A DNA stretch of 64,000 nt, taken from positions 480,001-544,000 of the forward strand of contig CAWFJJ010000024.1 in NCBI GenBank assembly GCA_963816185.1, read 5' to 3'. Position 1 is the first letter of the stretch; the number at the start of each line of letters is the position of its first letter. The notes under the pieces are model-generated. The model ran no database searches and was not told the DNA's origin. It was given only the letters and a program-made list of their open reading frames with translations. Shown in pieces: positions 59,836-64,000 of the stretch. The stretch is from Thermoanaerobaculia bacterium. GTDB lineage: Bacteria; Acidobacteriota; Thermoanaerobaculia; UBA5066. A program made the position numbers and the translations under genes.

Positions 59836-62544
59836 GTGCGGGCTAAACATGGTCGAGCCGAAGAGGCGTTACGAGAAAGCGAGGGCCGCCTTCGTACGCT
59901 GCTCGAACACGTCGACCTCCTGGCGATGATCCTCGACACCTCCGGGCGAATCCTCTACTGCAACGAGGCGCTCCTCCGACTCGCCGGACGCACCGCCGAA
60001 GACACCATCGGAGCCAGCTGGTTCGAGCTGTTCGTACCAGCGGAGATGCAGACCGCTCTCCGTAAGGTATTCGACGACGCGATGCAGACCGGAAACATTC
60101 CCGGCCGCTACGCCAACGAGCTCGTCCTCCGGGACGGTGGCCGCCGGCTTATCCAGTTCTCGAACGTGGTTCTGCGCGACGCGGCTGGGGTCGTGTCCGG
60201 CACCGCAAGCATCGGCATGGACGTCACCGAGCGACAGCGGTCGGAAGACGCGCTGAAGCGATTGAACGAAAGGCTCACCCTCGCCACGCAAGCCGCGTCC
60301 CTCGGGATCTGGGATTGGGACGTCGCCACGAACCTTCTCATTTGGGATGCCGGTATGTGTCAGCTGCACGGCCTCGAAGGGAATCATTTTTCTGGCACCT
60401 ACGACGCCTGGCTTAAGCGTCTCCATATCGAAGATGTCGACCGCTGCAAAAATGAAACAGCTCTGGCATTGCGCGGCGAGAAGGACTATGACACCGAATT
60501 CCGCGTTGTCTGGCCAGATGGAACGATTCGGCACCTCAAGGCCCTCGCACTGGTCGTCAGAGATGCAGACCGGAAGCCACTGCGCATGATCGGAGTCAAC
60601 TACGACGTTACCGAGCGAAAGGTGGCGGAAGACGCGCGCCAGGAAAGCGAGCAACGGGTTCGCCTTCTACTGAATTCGACAGCCGAGGCGATTTACGGAC
60701 TCGACGTCGACGGCAAGTGCACGTTCACGAATCTCAGCTGCCTGAAGATGTTCGGATACGCGAATTCCGACGATCTCCTCGGACGAAACATGCATGCCGT
60801 GGTCCACCACTCGCACGCGGACGGCTCACCACTGCCTGTGGAAGGCTGCAAGATCTTTCAGGCCTTCCGGCGCGGCGAGGACGCACACGTGGACGACGAG
60901 GTGCTGTGGCGAGCCGACGGAACCTGCTTCTCGGCTGAGTATTGGTCCTACCCGATCCGCAAGGACGGACGAGTTGTCGGGGCCGTCGTCACCGTCCTCG
61001 ACATCGCCGCACGCCGCGCGGCCGAACAGGCACTCCGCACAAGTGAGAGCCGCTACCGTGCCCTTTTCGATGAGAACCCAATGCCGATGTGGGCCTACGA
61101 TGCCAAGACGCTGAAGATCGTCACGGCAAACCAAGCCGCCGCCGAGCAGTATGGCTTCACGACTAGCGAGCTCGTATCCATGACGCTGACCGACGTCCGA
61201 GCCCCGGAGGAAGCCGACAAGGTCCGGGAGGCCGTCAACGCGACACCCCTCGGCCGCCAGTACGTCGGCACGTGGAAGCATCGGAGGAAGGACGGCAGGC
61301 TCCTCGACGTGGACGTCCACCTCAACGACGTGGAATTCGAAGGGCACCGGCTGCGGCTCGCCGTCTTACACGATGTCACCGAGCAGCGGCGGCTCGAGGA
61401 GCAGTTTCGCCAGGCACAGAGGATGGAGGCCATCGGGCGCCTCGCCGGGGGCGTGGCCCACGACTTCAACAACCTCCTGACGGTCATCGGAGGGTATGGC
61501 GAACTCCTCTTGGCGGACCTGCCAACGGGCACACCCGCACGCGAAGCTGTCGGAGAAATGGTGGCAGCCGGAGTCCGCGCCGCCGCATTGACCCGCCAGC
61601 TGCTCGCATTCAGCCGCAAGCAGGTCCTCGAGCCTCGGGTACTGGATCTCAACAGCATCGTGGCAAACGTGGACAAGATGCTCCGCCGTCTCATCGGCGA
61701 AGACATCGATTTCAAAACGGTTTCCGGGCCGGACCTCGGGCGCGTTCGGGCCGACCCCGGGCAGATCGAGCAGGTTCTCATGAATCTGGCGGTCAACGCT
61801 CGCGACGCCATGCCAAAGGGCGGGAAGCTGACGATCGAAACGTGCAACGTTGACCTCGACGCTGCCTACGCGCGTCAGCACGTCACCGTCCGCCCGGGAC
61901 CCTACGTCATGCTGGCTGTCAGCGACACTGGGACAGGGATGGACGAGGCCACGATCGCGAGGATATTCGAGCCCTTCTTCACGACGAAGGAGCAGGGCAA
62001 GGGGACCGGCCTGGGCCTGTCGACGGTCTACGGAATCGTTCAGCAGAGTGGCGGGACCATCGCGGTGGACAGCATCCCGGGCCGCGGCACGAGCTTCAAG
62101 ATCTATCTTCCCCGCACCGAATACCAGTCAGAACCGGAACGGATCGGCACGCCATCGGGCCAGTTCATCGTCAGTGGGCGTGAGACGGTGCTGCTCATCG
62201 AGGACGAGCCAGCGGTGCGGCGGCTGGTGCGAGACATCCTGGCCGGGAAGGGCTACACCGTCTTGGAGGGGACGGACACCGAGGAGGCGCTGAGGCTCGC
62301 AAGGGAGCATCCGGGTCCGATCCACCTGATCGTGACGGACGTCGTCATGCCGAGGATGAGCGGACCCGATTTCATCACGCACGCGCGGGCACTCCTCCCT
62401 TCTGTGAAGGTCCTCTTCATGTCTGGGTATTCTGACGAGGCTGTCACCCATCACGGCATTCTGGAACAGGGTGCCGACTTCCTCGCGAAACCCTTCACGG
62501 CTGCCTCGCTCCTGAACAAGGTCATTGAGGTGTTGAACCGGTAA
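59836..62544 (+). CDS. Multi-PAS hybrid sensor histidine kinase with receiver (CckA-like), N-terminus probably truncated
   Basis: Four PAS/PAC repeats, GGVAHDFNNLL, FEPFFTTK..GTGLGL, C-terminal DVVMP receiver. Confidence 0.9.
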   Translation: MRAKHGRAEEALRESEGRLRTLLEHVDLLAMILDTSGRILYCNEALLRLAGRTAEDTIGASWFELFVPAEMQTALRKVFDDAMQTGNIPGRYANELVLRDGGRRLIQFSNVVLRDAAGVVSGTASIGMDVTERQRSEDALKRLNERLTLATQAASLGIWDWDVATNLLIWDAGMCQLHGLEGNHFSGTYDAWLKRLHIEDVDRCKNETALALRGEKDYDTEFRVVWPDGTIRHLKALALVVRDADRKPLRMIGVNYDVTERKVAEDARQESEQRVRLLLNSTAEAIYGLDVDGKCTFTNLSCLKMFGYANSDDLLGRNMHAVVHHSHADGSPLPVEGCKIFQAFRRGEDAHVDDEVLWRADGTCFSAEYWSYPIRKDGRVVGAVVTVLDIAARRAAEQALRTSESRYRALFDENPMPMWAYDAKTLKIVTANQAAAEQYGFTTSELVSMTLTDVRAPEEADKVREAVNATPLGRQYVGTWKHRRKDGRLLDVDVHLNDVEFEGHRLRLAVLHDVTEQRRLEEQFRQAQRMEAIGRLAGGVAHDFNNLLTVIGGYGELLLADLPTGTPAREAVGEMVAAGVRAAALTRQLLAFSRKQVLEPRVLDLNSIVANVDKMLRRLIGEDIDFKTVSGPDLGRVRADPGQIEQVLMNLAVNARDAMPKGGKLTIETCNVDLDAAYARQHVTVRPGPYVMLAVSDTGTGMDEATIARIFEPFFTTKEQGKGTGLGLSTVYGIVQQSGGTIAVDSIPGRGTSFKIYLPRTEYQSEPERIGTPSGQFIVSGRETVLLIEDEPAVRRLVRDILAGKGYTVLEGTDTEEALRLAREHPGPIHLIVTDVVMPRMSGPDFITHARALLPSVKVLFMSGYSDEAVTHHGILEQGADFLAKPFTAASLLNKVIEVLNR

Positions 62545-62932
62545 GGATGTGTGGGTCGAAGCGGCGAAGCGCAGCGAGCCCCCTGCGGGGGGGAGGCGTC
62601 TTCGACGAGCGGGCACCATTGCGAGTGGTCGTTGAACGTGGCGACGAGCGACAGGACCACGGCAGGGTCGACCCCTCGCGGCAGGGCTTCTCGAACACGG
62701 CTCAGCGGTAGATCCCGGCGACTCCGTGGTAGCCTTTTGGAGCGGGAACACGGACCGAATACGGACAAATAGCGGGGGAGACGCGAAGGACCCCCGCCAA
62801 TCGGCACCGAAAGCCGGAAAGGTGGGCCTCCAGTCCCCCCCTTCCGCGCCAACCCCCTCTCCAGAATGCAGACTCTCGAAGAGCACCACGGGGGATTTTC
62901 TTAGAAGGTAAAGGGGGACGGCGCCCCGCAAA

Positions 62933-64000
62933 ATGAAGGACCTTGAATTGAACAGGAAGATCCTCGACGCGCTTCATCCGCGCGGCTCGAGAATCCTCGC
63001 ACTTTCGGACCTCGCGAATCGCGTGTTCGGAGCGGGTCCCGATCCCGCCCGCGAGAGCGCTCTCCGCGCCGCCGTGGCCGACCTGGAGCGCCGGGGCGAG
63101 ATCGTGCGCGTCAAGGGCGAGAAGCTGTCGCGCATCGAGTTCACGGACTTCCAGGCCGGCACGCTCGCGATCCGCGGGGAGGGCCGGGCCTTTCTTCTTT
63201 CCGGCGAGCCGGGAGTCCCCGACGTGCCCGTAACCGCCCTCGGCAGCGCGCTCGACGGCGATTTCGTCCTCGTTCGCGTCGAAAAGCCAAGAGCCGCCCC
63301 GAAGGCCCGAGCCAGGGATTCGCGCTCGCGCTTCGAGCCGCGCCCGACGGGCGTCGTCGTGAAAGTCCTCGTGCGACGCCGCGAGACCGTGGTCGGAAAG
63401 ATCGCCCGCTCTCCCGAGGGCACGTTCATCGTGCCTTTCGACCGCAAGATCGACGCGCGCCTGGCGGTGCCCGAGGGCAAGGACCTCGCGGCGCCCGCCG
63501 GCATCTTCGTCGAGGCCCGGCTCATCGCGTATCCCGACGACCGACGGCTCGCCCTCGCCGAGGTTCTCGAGCTGATCGGGTTCGAAGGAGACCCGGGCGT
63601 CGACGTCGAGGTCGTGGCCCGCAAGTGGGGCATCCCGCGGAAATATCCCGAGACGGTCGTCGCCGAGGCCGAAGCCGCAAGCGGCGCCGTGGGAGAGGAC
63701 GAGCGGAAGCTCCGCGCGGACTTCACGGGCCGCACGATCGTGACGATCGACGGCGAGACCGCGCGCGATTTCGACGACGCGATCGAGGCCGAGGAGCTGC
63801 CGGGCGGCGCCTTCCGGATCGGCATTCACATCGCGGACGTTTCGCACTACGTGCCGGTCGGCAGCGCCCTCGACGCCGAGGCCTTCGAGCGCGGGACCTC
63901 GGTCTATTTCCCGGACCGCGCGATCGCCATGCTCCCCGAGCGCCTCTCGAACGACCTCTGTTCCTTGCGCCCGGACGAGGAGCGCCGCACCGTCTCGGCG
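62933..64000 (+). CDS. rnr: Ribonuclease R, 3' partial (not in the ORF track)
   Basis: Manual translation from ATG 62933: ALDGD.VLV, TIDGETARDFDDAI, IHIADVSHYV, RGTSVYFPDRAIAMLPERLSNDLCSL. Confidence 0.93.
   Translation, partial: MKDLELNRKILDALHPRGSRILALSDLANRVFGAGPDPARESALRAAVADLERRGEIVRVKGEKLSRIEFTDFQAGTLAIRGEGRAFLLSGEPGVPDVPVTALGSALDGDFVLVRVEKPRAAPKARARDSRSRFEPRPTGVVVKVLVRRRETVVGKIARSPEGTFIVPFDRKIDARLAVPEGKDLAAPAGIFVEARLIAYPDDRRLALAEVLELIGFEGDPGVDVEVVARKWGIPRKYPETVVAEAEAASGAVGEDERKLRADFTGRTIVTIDGETARDFDDAIEAEELPGGAFRIGIHIADVSHYVPVGSALDAEAFERGTSVYFPDRAIAMLPERLSNDLCSLRPDEERRTVSA

Noticed and set aside
62702-63847. Minus-strand ORFs at the window end
   Set aside because: Antisense to rnr, which runs on the plus strand off the window edge and was therefore missed by the ORF track

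Overview
High-GC bacterial chromosomal segment (about 68-70% GC by eye; gene content suggests Acidobacteriota/Thermoanaerobaculia, which is an inference). Most of it is housekeeping: PGM/PMM, pgsA, trmB, icd, queG, a methyltransferase-glycosyltransferase locus, ffh-rpsP-rimM-trmD-rplS-rnhB, peptide and sugar ABC transporters, a TolC-Yip1-ATPase set, glgP, a split complex I operon (nuoA,E,F,G,H,J,K,L,M,N, without B,C,D,I) ending in rex with a Rex-box at its promoter, a ketosynthase-less acyl-carrier cluster, tRNA-Leu(CAG) and the start of rnr. Accessory parts are a degenerate attC-like cassette array plus an IS630 (33.1-36.2 kb) and a decayed tRNA-Leu island (59.0-62.9 kb). The most striking unexplained signal is an AT-rich motif (core TTCTTAGAA, extended GAAGATTTCTTAGAARGGRAAGAG) with purine-skewed flanks. 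It occurs about 20 times, mostly as convergent pairs 100-350 bp apart, often inside coding genes where it appears to reshape the protein (e.g. a Ser-rich insert in NuoG). At two loci it adjoins a composite hairpin repeat with covarying stems. Six single-base frameshifts in ordinary genes suggest assembly indel errors.
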